Origin: an uncultured virus (IMG/VR IMGVR_UViG_3300042569_002633)
Lineage: Duplodnaviria > Heunggongvirae > Uroviricota > Caudoviricetes
Length of the DNA stretch: 20,000 nucleotides
Virus record (IMG/VR): IMGVR_UViG_3300042569_002633
Reading direction: 5' to 3' (one strand)
Shown here: positions 1 to 8,285 of the stretch, piece by piece
Numbering within the stretch: the stretch's first letter is position 1
How the letters are laid out: every line of letters begins with the position of its first letter
Position numbers and translations under genes: made by a program
Notes under the pieces: model-generated
Seen by the model: only the letters and a program-made list of their open reading frames with translations
Database searches by the model: none
Told to the model about the DNA's origin: nothing

Positions 1-1333
1 GAGGTATTTTCTTTCTCCCCACTATCTCGGGTGGCAGGATGGGAGAAAAAGTATCTTTTAGTATCTTCTTATCCTTTCTCCACTCGAGAGGCAAATGTAG
101 TGCAAATCTCACTATGTCAAGATTTAAAAATGGGGTTCTTAGCTCCAGTGTATGAGCCATGCTCATCTTGTCCAGCCGTGGCAGGTGATAATAAGAAAGT
201 TCTTCAAAAACATCAGACTTTTGAGAATCAAATTCGTGTATTCTTGAATATCCACCAAACAATTCATCAGAGCCGTCGCCACTTATAACTATTCTGTATC
301 CGGTCTGTTCTTTGACAGCTTTAAACAAATGATACTGTGGTATAACAGAACCAAGATCGACCGGTCCTTCGTTCCATATTTTATAGATTTCCTTATTTAA
401 GGATTCGTCCATATCGTATGTTAGCTTATTGATCTTGATATCAAGGTGTTTAGCTAGAAGGTCGGCATATTCAGTTTCACCATTCTCTATTGTGAACCAG
501 TTTATTCTATCAATAGATTCAGATTTCATTAATGCTGCGATAATAGAAGAATCGAGTCCGCCTGATATTAATGCGGATATTGGGTAATTCTTACTAAGTA
601 ATCTATTCTTAACACTTTCCACCATTTTATCCCATAGCCAGTCCATGTGCTCCTCGTATGATTTACCTCGAAGCTCGTAAATAGGGGAGTCAAATCCCTC
701 CCAGTATTTTTGATAAACCTGTTGGAACATAGGAGATACTATGTTAAAAGAATAGATGTTATTAGGAAGGATTCTTTTTATTTCCTTATAAGGCGTTCTA
801 TTGTCAGTGTTATAACCCCACTTTCTAACGCTAGAAATATAAGTATCGTCTATGGAATATCCCTGGCGATGCACACCTTTTATCTCCGAGGATATCTCAC
901 CTTCTTTATTAACATATAGACATTTTTTACCCAATGGGTCAGTAAAGCAAATAACATCTCCTGTTTTTGAATCATATATGACAATAGCCCAAAAACCATC
1001 CCATGTTTGCATGTGTGGAAGAAAGAGAGCTGAAAACATTTCAACACCACCAAAACTATAGGAGCTAAAAAGATTGCAAAGATATTCTATATCAGAGGAA
1101 TATGCGCTAGTATCATAGTTGAAAATCTCGCCATTAAAAAGCATATAAATACCATCTGATATTTGTTTTGGCTGATACCAATTATCGCCTTCCACTGTTT
1201 GGATAGGTAATCTATGGTGGCATAGCGTAACACCTTCTAATTTTTTATCGGTTCTTTCAATTCCTCTATGAGAGATAGAATTTAATATCTCCTCCGTTGA
1301 GTTAAATTCAGTTGCTAGTATTATTCCGCACAT
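1..1333 (-). CDS. asnB: Asparagine synthetase B-like glutamine-dependent amidotransferase (3' end beyond window)
   Basis: Not in the ORF track (no stop in window). Manual translation from ATG at 1333 gives MCGIILATEF..SHRG..HHRLPI..FNGEIFNY (class II GATase, Cys2 nucleophile), ISALISGGLDSSII (PP-loop, ~540-590), VISGDGSDELFGGY (~250-290) and LDKMSMAHTLELRTPFL near the left end. Confidence 0.92.
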   Translation of the reverse strand, partial: MCGIILATEFNSTEEILNSISHRGIERTDKKLEGVTLCHHRLPIQTVEGDNWYQPKQISDGIYMLFNGEIFNYDTSAYSSDIEYLCNLFSSYSFGGVEMFSALFLPHMQTWDGFWAIVIYDSKTGDVICFTDPLGKKCLYVNKEGEISSEIKGVHRQGYSIDDTYISSVRKWGYNTDNRTPYKEIKRILPNNIYSFNIVSPMFQQVYQKYWEGFDSPIYELRGKSYEEHMDWLWDKMVESVKNRLLSKNYPISALISGGLDSSIIAALMKSESIDRINWFTIENGETEYADLLAKHLDIKINKLTYDMDESLNKEIYKIWNEGPVDLGSVIPQYHLFKAVKEQTGYRIVISGDGSDELFGGYSRIHEFDSQKSDVFEELSYYHLPRLDKMSMAHTLELRTPFLNLDIVRFALHLPLEWRKDKKILKDTFSPILPPEIVGRKKIP

Positions 1334-1883
1334 TCTTTATAATTTTTGCTAAATCGTGTATTGATTGTTCATTAAATTCATTTCTGAATCTTGTTACTTC
1401 TATGTCAGTGTGATCAGAGGATATCTGATGAAGCATAAATTCATAAGCAAACTTCTCACTGTTTGTTTTCTCTATGTCATCCCACATGTCCTTATTTCTA
1501 TCGGATTGGTCTGGGTTGTCACCCTCTATATAGATGATGTGTATATCCCTCGTTAAACCACCTGAGTTTAAAAGCCCAAGATGTTTCCTTGCGGTAGATG
1601 GATCTATTCTCTTCTCTAATAATCCCCAGGAAAGAACGGTAAGAAACCCACGGTCTATGATAACGTCTTCCGGTATGAATCCGTCCCTATTTAATTGCAT
1701 TAGCATTAAATCCTTACCCATAGAAAAAGAGTGAGCAGATTCGCTTTCTTTGCTTTCCAGATTAAGCCCGTTAAAGTATTCTACAAAATCAAATTGGAAT
1801 CTAGGTATGTACAGATCCTCTGATATTTGTTTACTAAGAAATGTTTTACCTGAATTTCTACAACCCTCAAATATGATAACCAT
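1308..1883 (-). CDS. Thymidylate kinase-like P-loop dNMP kinase
   Basis: N-terminal IIFEGCRNSGKT P-loop and VIIDRGFLT (DR motif of the TMK/dNK family); 191 aa; overlaps the asnB start by 26 nt. Confidence 0.75.
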   Translation of the reverse strand: MVIIFEGCRNSGKTFLSKQISEDLYIPRFQFDFVEYFNGLNLESKESESAHSFSMGKDLMLMQLNRDGFIPEDVIIDRGFLTVLSWGLLEKRIDPSTARKHLGLLNSGGLTRDIHIIYIEGDNPDQSDRNKDMWDDIEKTNSEKFAYEFMLHQISSDHTDIEVTRFRNEFNEQSIHDLAKIIKNVRNNTSN

Positions 1884-1887
1884 GAAG

Positions 1888-1916
1888 ATTATATCATCAA
1901 AATGAGTTTTGTTTTC
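1888..1916 (-). promoter_or_regulatory. Putative class-A promoter GAAAA-N18-TATAAT
   Basis: Minus-strand TATAAT at 1888-1893, GAAAA at 1912-1916; same spacing as the copies at 15428 and 19879; 4 nt from the ATG. Confidence 0.55.
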
Positions 1917-1931
1917 GTAAAATGATCGAAA

Positions 1932-4367
1932 TTAAGAATTCTTTACATTATAACATCTGCTCTTATCCTCCTGAGGCATTTGAGCAAAGTCTGTTGAATT
2001 CATTCTTTTCACGTGTATCTTTATGCTTGGATAAACCCTAGATGCTATAAAATATACACTATTACCAAAAGCACACTTGATAGGAGATGAACTGCTCTTA
2101 GCCATTTTAGAAAGACTTCCCCATCCCTCTAATCCATCATCTATATCTTTGTATTGATCTATCGTTTCGTCCTTGTTGATTATCTCGGATGTTGATTTGA
2201 CCTTCATAGTTGCTCCTTCATACTCTAACATAAATCCGTTCTTTTCAGATTCAGATTTGTTGGTTAATATGCTATCGCTAGCTATTCTTTTAGCTACATT
2301 TGGAGTTAAAACGTTTTCATAAATCCACTTAATAGAACTTATGAATCTATCACCATCGAACGTAACCGTATTAGCAATCATGCAAAGAAGATTATTAAGG
2401 ACGACAATATCAGAGGCACCAAGATCAGGATCGCTTTCGCCTATCTGAGACATTTCTTTTACCGCTTTACCAATCTTCTTAGTTAAAAGATCAAATGGTA
2501 TGCAGGGTATTTCAGAGTCTTTAAGAATCTGCGAAACCATCTCGTAGACGCCAGGAAAATCAAGATCAAGGTCTGCATTTTTCTTATATAAGCTCTTAAT
2601 CGACGCAGATCTAAAGTTAGGTCTTGTCATTCCAAATGTGCCCCAGTTTTCTAGATAATTTGAAACAAAATCCAAACAATCATCATCTGACATCATTCTA
2701 AGTTGTCTAGCTTCAGCCCACGATTTCCAATTGGACGGTGTCTTAAGACTAGTTTTGTCCGAGTCTATAGCATATGCTCCACCCTCCCAGAAGAAATATT
2801 GATAATCTGTATTTTCTCCAACCTCAGTCACAGCTTGATTCCAAGCTTCTATAAAAGGTCCGGAATAAGAGGATCTAAAGTTGCCATCCTCTCTTTTAAA
2901 ATCATCCGATTCAACCTTAAGATCATAGTACTTTCTCAATTTCTTAGCAAGATCATCAGTGTCAAAGGCATCCTTTTCTTTCTGTGATATCTTTGGAGAA
3001 TTATTCTTTCCCTTATCATCAGTTAGATAGGATTCTAAATCTTTGGAAAAGCTTTCCTTGTCTATCACTATTTTTTCTTCGAAAATTGGATCACCATAAA
3101 CAAAAGAAAGAATAGATTCCTTTAGAGGTTTCTTTAGAGCTCTGAGATCATTTATTATTTGATCCTTGTGTTTTTTAGATATAAAATCTGATACAAGTAT
3201 TGAATCTAGTAAAGCTTTATCCATTTTACCGTCTATGTTCTTATTGCCCATATTTTTCTGGATGGCTTTAATAACAGACTCTGTCTTCTGCCCGAACGTG
3301 CCCTTTTCTCCACTGCTTTTAAGAGCAGAGGAAGAACTAGGTATGCCGTCTGCTAAAGCATCCTGTATGTGTGCTATAAGCCCAGTACCAGCAAATCTTT
3401 TGTTTTCATCAGAATCGCCGAGCTTGATAGGAAAAACAAACTTAACCACCTCTGCTTCGTTTTCAGCTATCTCTTCTCTTAAAGATTTCATGGTCTCCAA
3501 ATACTGAGTTTTAGCACGGGTTAGAATATCTAGAGCATCCGAGCATATCTCCGTTGCATCAGAATAATATTTAGCTAATTCTGGCTCCTGATCTATTTCA
3601 GACATACTTCTATTAGTGGATTGTATGACAGCAGAATAATACTCGTTCATATACTTCTCAATCTGCTTCTCCAAATCCTCCAGGTGTTTTCTGTCTCTTT
3701 CGCTTATACCGTTTCTGGTAGCTTCAAGGACGTCCAACTTTTGATCAAGGTCTATAAATACTCTTCTCCAATCTTTACCGTATCCCATTTTTTGGTTTTT
3801 GCCATCGCAACTAGAAATAAGGTTGTAAAGTATCTTTTTAAGATTCTCTATTCTTTCGCCATATCCCATAAAAATGCTCTCGTTAAGAAGTTTCTTAGTT
3901 TCCTCTATCTTCTTTAATTTAACATTAGCCAAGACATCAACGGATCTTTGTATAGAAGAGCAATAGCTCTTAAATTCCTGTAGGGCATCCCTACCTTTAT
4001 CTGCGGAAATTTCATCTATTCTGTGTAACACATCACAAAATTTATCGAGCGATTCCCTATACATTGCCTTCGTGTCTGATAGCAATCTGCTGGAAAGGTT
4101 CGCGTCCTCCGAGTAATCCTTTAGTTTTGAAACGAGCTCAGAAAGTGATCCTGATTTAGAAATATCGTAAAGCTTATTTCTTAATACATCAGGATTTCTA
4201 TCATTTGAAGAAGCAATATCAAAGACAATGGACTTAAATACATCCATAGTATTAGCAACAACCCTTGTTACGAAATCCAAGACAGTCTTTTTTCCGTCAC
4301 CCGCCTTATTTGCTTCAGCTTCAAAGATCTGTCTGGCTATAGGATTATATTTGTAATATTCTTTCAT
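1932..4367 (-). CDS. Large helical protein with internal peptidoglycan-binding-like domain; probable virion/internal head protein
   Basis: 811 aa; segment FPIKLGDSD..IAHIQDAL..GTFGQKTESVIKAIQKNMG..IDGKMDKALL (~3195-3435) resembles PG_binding_1; (L/I)xE sites (QIFE, LLNES, PLKES) flank the domains; downstream of the capsid gene. Confidence 0.55.
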   Translation of the reverse strand: MKEYYKYNPIARQIFEAEANKAGDGKKTVLDFVTRVVANTMDVFKSIVFDIASSNDRNPDVLRNKLYDISKSGSLSELVSKLKDYSEDANLSSRLLSDTKAMYRESLDKFCDVLHRIDEISADKGRDALQEFKSYCSSIQRSVDVLANVKLKKIEETKKLLNESIFMGYGERIENLKKILYNLISSCDGKNQKMGYGKDWRRVFIDLDQKLDVLEATRNGISERDRKHLEDLEKQIEKYMNEYYSAVIQSTNRSMSEIDQEPELAKYYSDATEICSDALDILTRAKTQYLETMKSLREEIAENEAEVVKFVFPIKLGDSDENKRFAGTGLIAHIQDALADGIPSSSSALKSSGEKGTFGQKTESVIKAIQKNMGNKNIDGKMDKALLDSILVSDFISKKHKDQIINDLRALKKPLKESILSFVYGDPIFEEKIVIDKESFSKDLESYLTDDKGKNNSPKISQKEKDAFDTDDLAKKLRKYYDLKVESDDFKREDGNFRSSYSGPFIEAWNQAVTEVGENTDYQYFFWEGGAYAIDSDKTSLKTPSNWKSWAEARQLRMMSDDDCLDFVSNYLENWGTFGMTRPNFRSASIKSLYKKNADLDLDFPGVYEMVSQILKDSEIPCIPFDLLTKKIGKAVKEMSQIGESDPDLGASDIVVLNNLLCMIANTVTFDGDRFISSIKWIYENVLTPNVAKRIASDSILTNKSESEKNGFMLEYEGATMKVKSTSEIINKDETIDQYKDIDDGLEGWGSLSKMAKSSSSPIKCAFGNSVYFIASRVYPSIKIHVKRMNSTDFAQMPQEDKSRCYNVKNS

Positions 4368-4380
4368 CTGAATTAATTTT

Positions 4381-5250
4381 TTAAGAGTATCTTTTAGCTA
4401 AAGTTATTTTAGATCTAAACTCCCTGATTTTTTCAAGATATTTTTCTTTGATCTTTTTTATATTTCTTTCCGCTTCAATCTCAAAGTCTCTATCCTTCTT
4501 CTTTTTTATTTCCTCTTCTATTCTAGAGACCTCAAGATCCATATCAACATAAAGTCTGTTTCTTTCTTCTGTGCATATTTTCATTAGCTCCCTAGCTTCC
4601 TTTGGATCTAAATCCTTAACGCTATCTGAAAATTCACCTAGTGGTTTTTTAGAAAGCTTAGAAAGTGAGGTCTCGCTCTTTTCTAACTCCTCTTCCTTAT
4701 CGGAAAGCTTACCAAGTTTACCTTTGTATTTTTTAGAAAGAACACTTTCCAATCTTGTTGATTTATCTAAGAATTTCTTATATTTGTCATAGAGATCAGA
4801 AGCCATCTCATCGTCGCCCAATGATTTAGCTATATCGTACATTCTTTTAGCTATATCTGCATCTGCCTGTGCTTTCTCCTTTCCCCAATAATCAGAAAGT
4901 CTATTGTTCCCTTTCGTGATGACTTCCACTTTCCTGAATATGTTTTCTAATTCCTTTTCCTTCTTTTTCTTTATTGCACTTAGAATTTGCTTCTTTCTCT
5001 CTACCATTCTTAGTGTGGACTTTTCTTGAGCAGCATCAACGTCCCCTTGAAGTTTGATTTCAAGTTGATCGATCTCGGAGACTACGTCTTCCCACTCCTG
5101 AATATACCCGGTTTCCGCTTTTTTAATTGCTAGAATAAGGCTGTCTAGTTTTTCAACGGCACCACCGAAGTTGCCGCTTAGCCAATTTTTGATCGAAGTC
5201 AATACACTTGCTTCGTTCAATTGGTTCCATTGTTCAAATTTTAAAATCAT
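4381..5250 (-). CDS. Coiled-coil protein, probable internal head protein; paralog of 5263..6411
   Basis: K/E-rich helical 289 aa; N-terminus MILKFEQWNQLNE; shares SEIDQLE/DEIDNLE and RLSDYW/RLREYW blocks with its neighbour. Confidence 0.6.
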   Translation of the reverse strand: MILKFEQWNQLNEASVLTSIKNWLSGNFGGAVEKLDSLILAIKKAETGYIQEWEDVVSEIDQLEIKLQGDVDAAQEKSTLRMVERKKQILSAIKKKKEKELENIFRKVEVITKGNNRLSDYWGKEKAQADADIAKRMYDIAKSLGDDEMASDLYDKYKKFLDKSTRLESVLSKKYKGKLGKLSDKEEELEKSETSLSKLSKKPLGEFSDSVKDLDPKEARELMKICTEERNRLYVDMDLEVSRIEEEIKKKKDRDFEIEAERNIKKIKEKYLEKIREFRSKITLAKRYS

Positions 5251-5262
5251 ACTCTTTAGTTG

Positions 5263-6411
5263 TCAATATACTACGATAGAAAACGAATCTAGATCACTGG
5301 TGGCCTTGTCTATTTTAGAAGAACTTGGAGTTCCTGTAAAAGCATCTTGTACAGTTTTCTGAGCTGCTCCTGCCGTTCCGCCTTGTGACGATGTAGCTTT
5401 GTTTATTTTATCTGTTAAGTCTTTAATCTTTGAGGATTTCGATGCATTTCTTCTGATCTCTTCTTCGTTCTTACCCATCTCTTTATATAGATTAAGTAGG
5501 TTAATTTTAGAGTCTAGTATTACAGCAATCTCAATAGCATCCCGCTGAAACTTTTTAATAATGTTTTCAGATGCTTGCCCCTTTATTATTTTTTTCCTAG
5601 CCTTCTCGAGAACTTCTTCTAAATCAGCCTTAAGATTAGCGATCTCTATCCCGATGTCTTTTTTTCTCTGTATTATGCTCTTTGTCTTTCCGGATTTTAT
5701 TATCTTACCTTCCCTCTCTGAGTCTATTCCGGAAGACTTTGGTTTATCTCCCTTATCCTCTTTTTTAGAAGTCTTAGATAGTTCCGCTTTGAACTTTTCA
5801 GCAGCGTCTTCCGCATCTTTCTTTGCCTTCTCTATCTCTAATTTCTGCTTAGATAGTCTTTCAGTGTCAGCAGATCTATTCTTAAGAACCTGGTATTTAG
5901 CCTGTTCTAATTTATACTCATCCTCTGCTCTTGTGGTTTCCCAGTATTCCCTTAATCTTGAACTTTTTGTAATCAATTTATCCAATAGATCATAAACTCT
6001 TTTAACATTGGCTTTATGAGATCCCACTAGAGCTGTTTTTTCCTGATTCTTAGCATCGAGCTGCTTCTTTAATGCAGAAGCCATAGATTCATTCTTTTCT
6101 TTAGATGCTTTAGCAAGCTCGTCTTCTAGATTATCGATCTCATCCGATAATTCAAATTTTGTATCGTAGTATTTTATCTCAAGATCCAACAATTTTTTTC
6201 TAAGATCATCGATCATACCCGCTTTGGAAAATGATCCGAATAGAATTTTGGATGCCCCAGTTTTAAGATCATCTAAAAACCCCTCTTCTAGGATAGAATC
6301 GTTATCTAGCTCAGAGATGATGTAATTAACTTCTATCATATCCTCACTGTTAGCTTTTTCTAATAGAGGCTTGATATTTTTAAATTCTGAAAATTTTGCA
6401 AATCTACTCAT
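5263..6411 (-). CDS. Coiled-coil protein, probable internal head protein; paralog of 4381..5250
   Basis: K/E-rich helical 382 aa; N-terminus MSRFAKFSEFKNIKPLLE; GATATATA motif ~22 nt upstream. Confidence 0.6.
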   Translation of the reverse strand: MSRFAKFSEFKNIKPLLEKANSEDMIEVNYIISELDNDSILEEGFLDDLKTGASKILFGSFSKAGMIDDLRKKLLDLEIKYYDTKFELSDEIDNLEDELAKASKEKNESMASALKKQLDAKNQEKTALVGSHKANVKRVYDLLDKLITKSSRLREYWETTRAEDEYKLEQAKYQVLKNRSADTERLSKQKLEIEKAKKDAEDAAEKFKAELSKTSKKEDKGDKPKSSGIDSEREGKIIKSGKTKSIIQRKKDIGIEIANLKADLEEVLEKARKKIIKGQASENIIKKFQRDAIEIAVILDSKINLLNLYKEMGKNEEEIRRNASKSSKIKDLTDKINKATSSQGGTAGAAQKTVQDAFTGTPSSSKIDKATSDLDSFSIVVY

Positions 6412-6432
6412 ATTGATATTTTAATTTCAGTC

Positions 6433-6440
6433 TATATATC
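6433..6440 (-). promoter_or_regulatory. Putative late promoter GATATATA
   Basis: Intergenic, after the capsid terminator and ~22 nt upstream of ATG 6411; recurs upstream of other head genes. Confidence 0.65.
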
Positions 6441-6475
6441 ACCAATCTTAAAATAAAGAAGCAAAAAGTTAGGGC

Positions 6476-6508
6476 AAAAAAAAAACCCTAAGTTTCCTTA
6501 GGGTTTTT
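6476..6508 (-). terminator. Rho-independent terminator after the major capsid gene
   Basis: Minus strand AAAAACCCTAAG-GAAA-CTTAGGG then T10: perfect stem with a GNRA tetraloop, ~30 nt after the MCP stop; the plus strand also has a T5 tail, so it may be bidirectional. Confidence 0.9.
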
Positions 6509-6537
6509 GCTATGTTTATTTCTAGATTAGACTAGGA

Positions 6538-8268
6538 TTAAACGATTCCACCAGCTGGAAGCTGTACGTAGAAAGTGAAATACAGAGTCTCTGGAAGCAT
6601 ACCAGCCTCAACTAGAGCGTATCTAGACTTAACTGCGATCTTCGGAGACATTGTACCTTCAGAGATGGTTTGGATAGACTCAGCCATCATGTAAGGCATG
6701 AATTTCAAACCTGGCTCATCGTCACCACCTTTTCTACCAACACAAACTCTAGTGTCGTTGTAGTTCATGTTCTGATCTACGTAAACGGTCATACCAGCTA
6801 GAGAACCAACTGGGTAAAGAGTACCGTTGTTTTGAGTTAGAGTGTTTGTGAACGGAGCGAAAGTGAACTGGCTAATGTCTTGTAACGCAGAAGCGATAGC
6901 AGCGTTAGTTACAAGGAAGTTAGCAGGACCTCTTCTACCTTGGTTAGCAACCACGTTAGCAGCAGCTAGAATTCTAGAGTACAGTCTTCTTTGTAAAGTT
7001 GACAAGTTCTCGTAGCTTGAAGTAGATGGACCAGATGGGATTGGCATAGTAACACCAGCATCAGATTTATTGATGTAAGCGCTAGTTGTACCAGTTCCAC
7101 CACCAAGAACCAAGTTCAAGTTCAAGTTTTGATTTTGAACGTTGTTGAACTGGGTGTGGTTAGACCAACCTAGTGCAAATGCTCTAGAAAGGATGTGCTT
7201 GTTAATAGCTTGAGAAACCTCGTTAACAAGTGCATTCTCGATCATAGAGATAACGTCAATACCAAATTGCTTGTTCAAATCTTGGATTTGCTCCGTAGTT
7301 ACAGAAGCAGCTACTTGGAAAGTTTCAGCTTCTACGAACTTAGTGAAGGTGCTTAGACCCATTGAGTTGTAGTAAGTAGATTCAGCTACTCCTCTCAACA
7401 TTGGGTTGTAAGTCTTAGTACCATCAACGTAAGGACCTTGCCAGTCTTGGTTGTTGTTGAAACCAGCACCAGAGAAACCTTGGATGTGATCTTCAAGAGC
7501 TTTAACCAATTGTGCACTATAGTTAACACTAGTTGCACCAAGATAGAAACCACTTGTACCTACTTGAATACCAGCAGTACCGTCGATGATACCAGCAACA
7601 TTAAATCCAGTAGAAATATTGTTAATTCTGAAGATTGGGAAACCATCGATTCTTGAAAGACCAACGAAGATCAAAGTCAAAGTACCGCCGTTAGTTACAG
7701 TGTAAGTTGTACCTACAGTAAATGTACCAGCAGTAGCACCAGTAGTACCAGTACCAGCAGTTGACTGATAAACTGGGAATTTGATCATTGTTGGAGCATC
7801 AGCTAAATCTTCACCAGCAGTAGCAGAAGTAGCACCAGCAATTTTACCACCAGCGTATACGTAGTCTAAATAAGACAAAATACCAGTTGGTCCAGACATT
7901 GGGATAACAGGAACGATATCAAATCCAACAGTCTTAGCAGCCACTTGGATAGCCAATGGAAGAAGAGATGGGAATTTGTCACCAGATCCGTTGTTTACTG
8001 GATTGTAGAATCCTTGGTTAGCACCGAAGTTAGCGCCACCTGCGTTAGAACCAGAGAAAGAACCCATACCTGGGTATGCTGGAGGTGCTACGTTACCCAT
8101 ACCGTTTACTACACCTAGAGTGTTATAAGCACCGGCAGATTCGTTCAATGAGTGGTAGTGACAATACTTAGTCAACCACGATTTTTTGTTTGAATCAGTG
8201 ATACCAGCTTTGCTCTCAATTAGAGGCGACCAGGTATCATAGATTTCTTGTTCATTAATTAGTTTCAT
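6538..8268 (-). CDS. Major capsid protein, T4 gp23-like
   Basis: GFDIVPVIPMSGPTG, TTEQIQDL..FGID, LVNEVSQAINKHIL, RRGPANFLV, GLKFMPY, MSPKIAVKSRYAL match gp23-family blocks; strong codon bias (GCT/GGT/AAC/TTC); follows protease/scaffold and precedes a terminator. Confidence 0.95.
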   Translation of the reverse strand: MKLINEQEIYDTWSPLIESKAGITDSNKKSWLTKYCHYHSLNESAGAYNTLGVVNGMGNVAPPAYPGMGSFSGSNAGGANFGANQGFYNPVNNGSGDKFPSLLPLAIQVAAKTVGFDIVPVIPMSGPTGILSYLDYVYAGGKIAGATSATAGEDLADAPTMIKFPVYQSTAGTGTTGATAGTFTVGTTYTVTNGGTLTLIFVGLSRIDGFPIFRINNISTGFNVAGIIDGTAGIQVGTSGFYLGATSVNYSAQLVKALEDHIQGFSGAGFNNNQDWQGPYVDGTKTYNPMLRGVAESTYYNSMGLSTFTKFVEAETFQVAASVTTEQIQDLNKQFGIDVISMIENALVNEVSQAINKHILSRAFALGWSNHTQFNNVQNQNLNLNLVLGGGTGTTSAYINKSDAGVTMPIPSGPSTSSYENLSTLQRRLYSRILAAANVVANQGRRGPANFLVTNAAIASALQDISQFTFAPFTNTLTQNNGTLYPVGSLAGMTVYVDQNMNYNDTRVCVGRKGGDDEPGLKFMPYMMAESIQTISEGTMSPKIAVKSRYALVEAGMLPETLYFTFYVQLPAGGIV

Positions 8269-8285
8269 GATTAGAAATTATTTTT

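Noticed and set aside
1..1333. Gat-QueC (7-deazaguanine pathway) assignment for the GATase + SGGLDS protein
   Set aside because: Downstream motifs SGDGSDELFGGY and DKMSMAHTLELRTPFL are AsnB-specific; no QueC zinc-cysteine motif is seen in the visible part.
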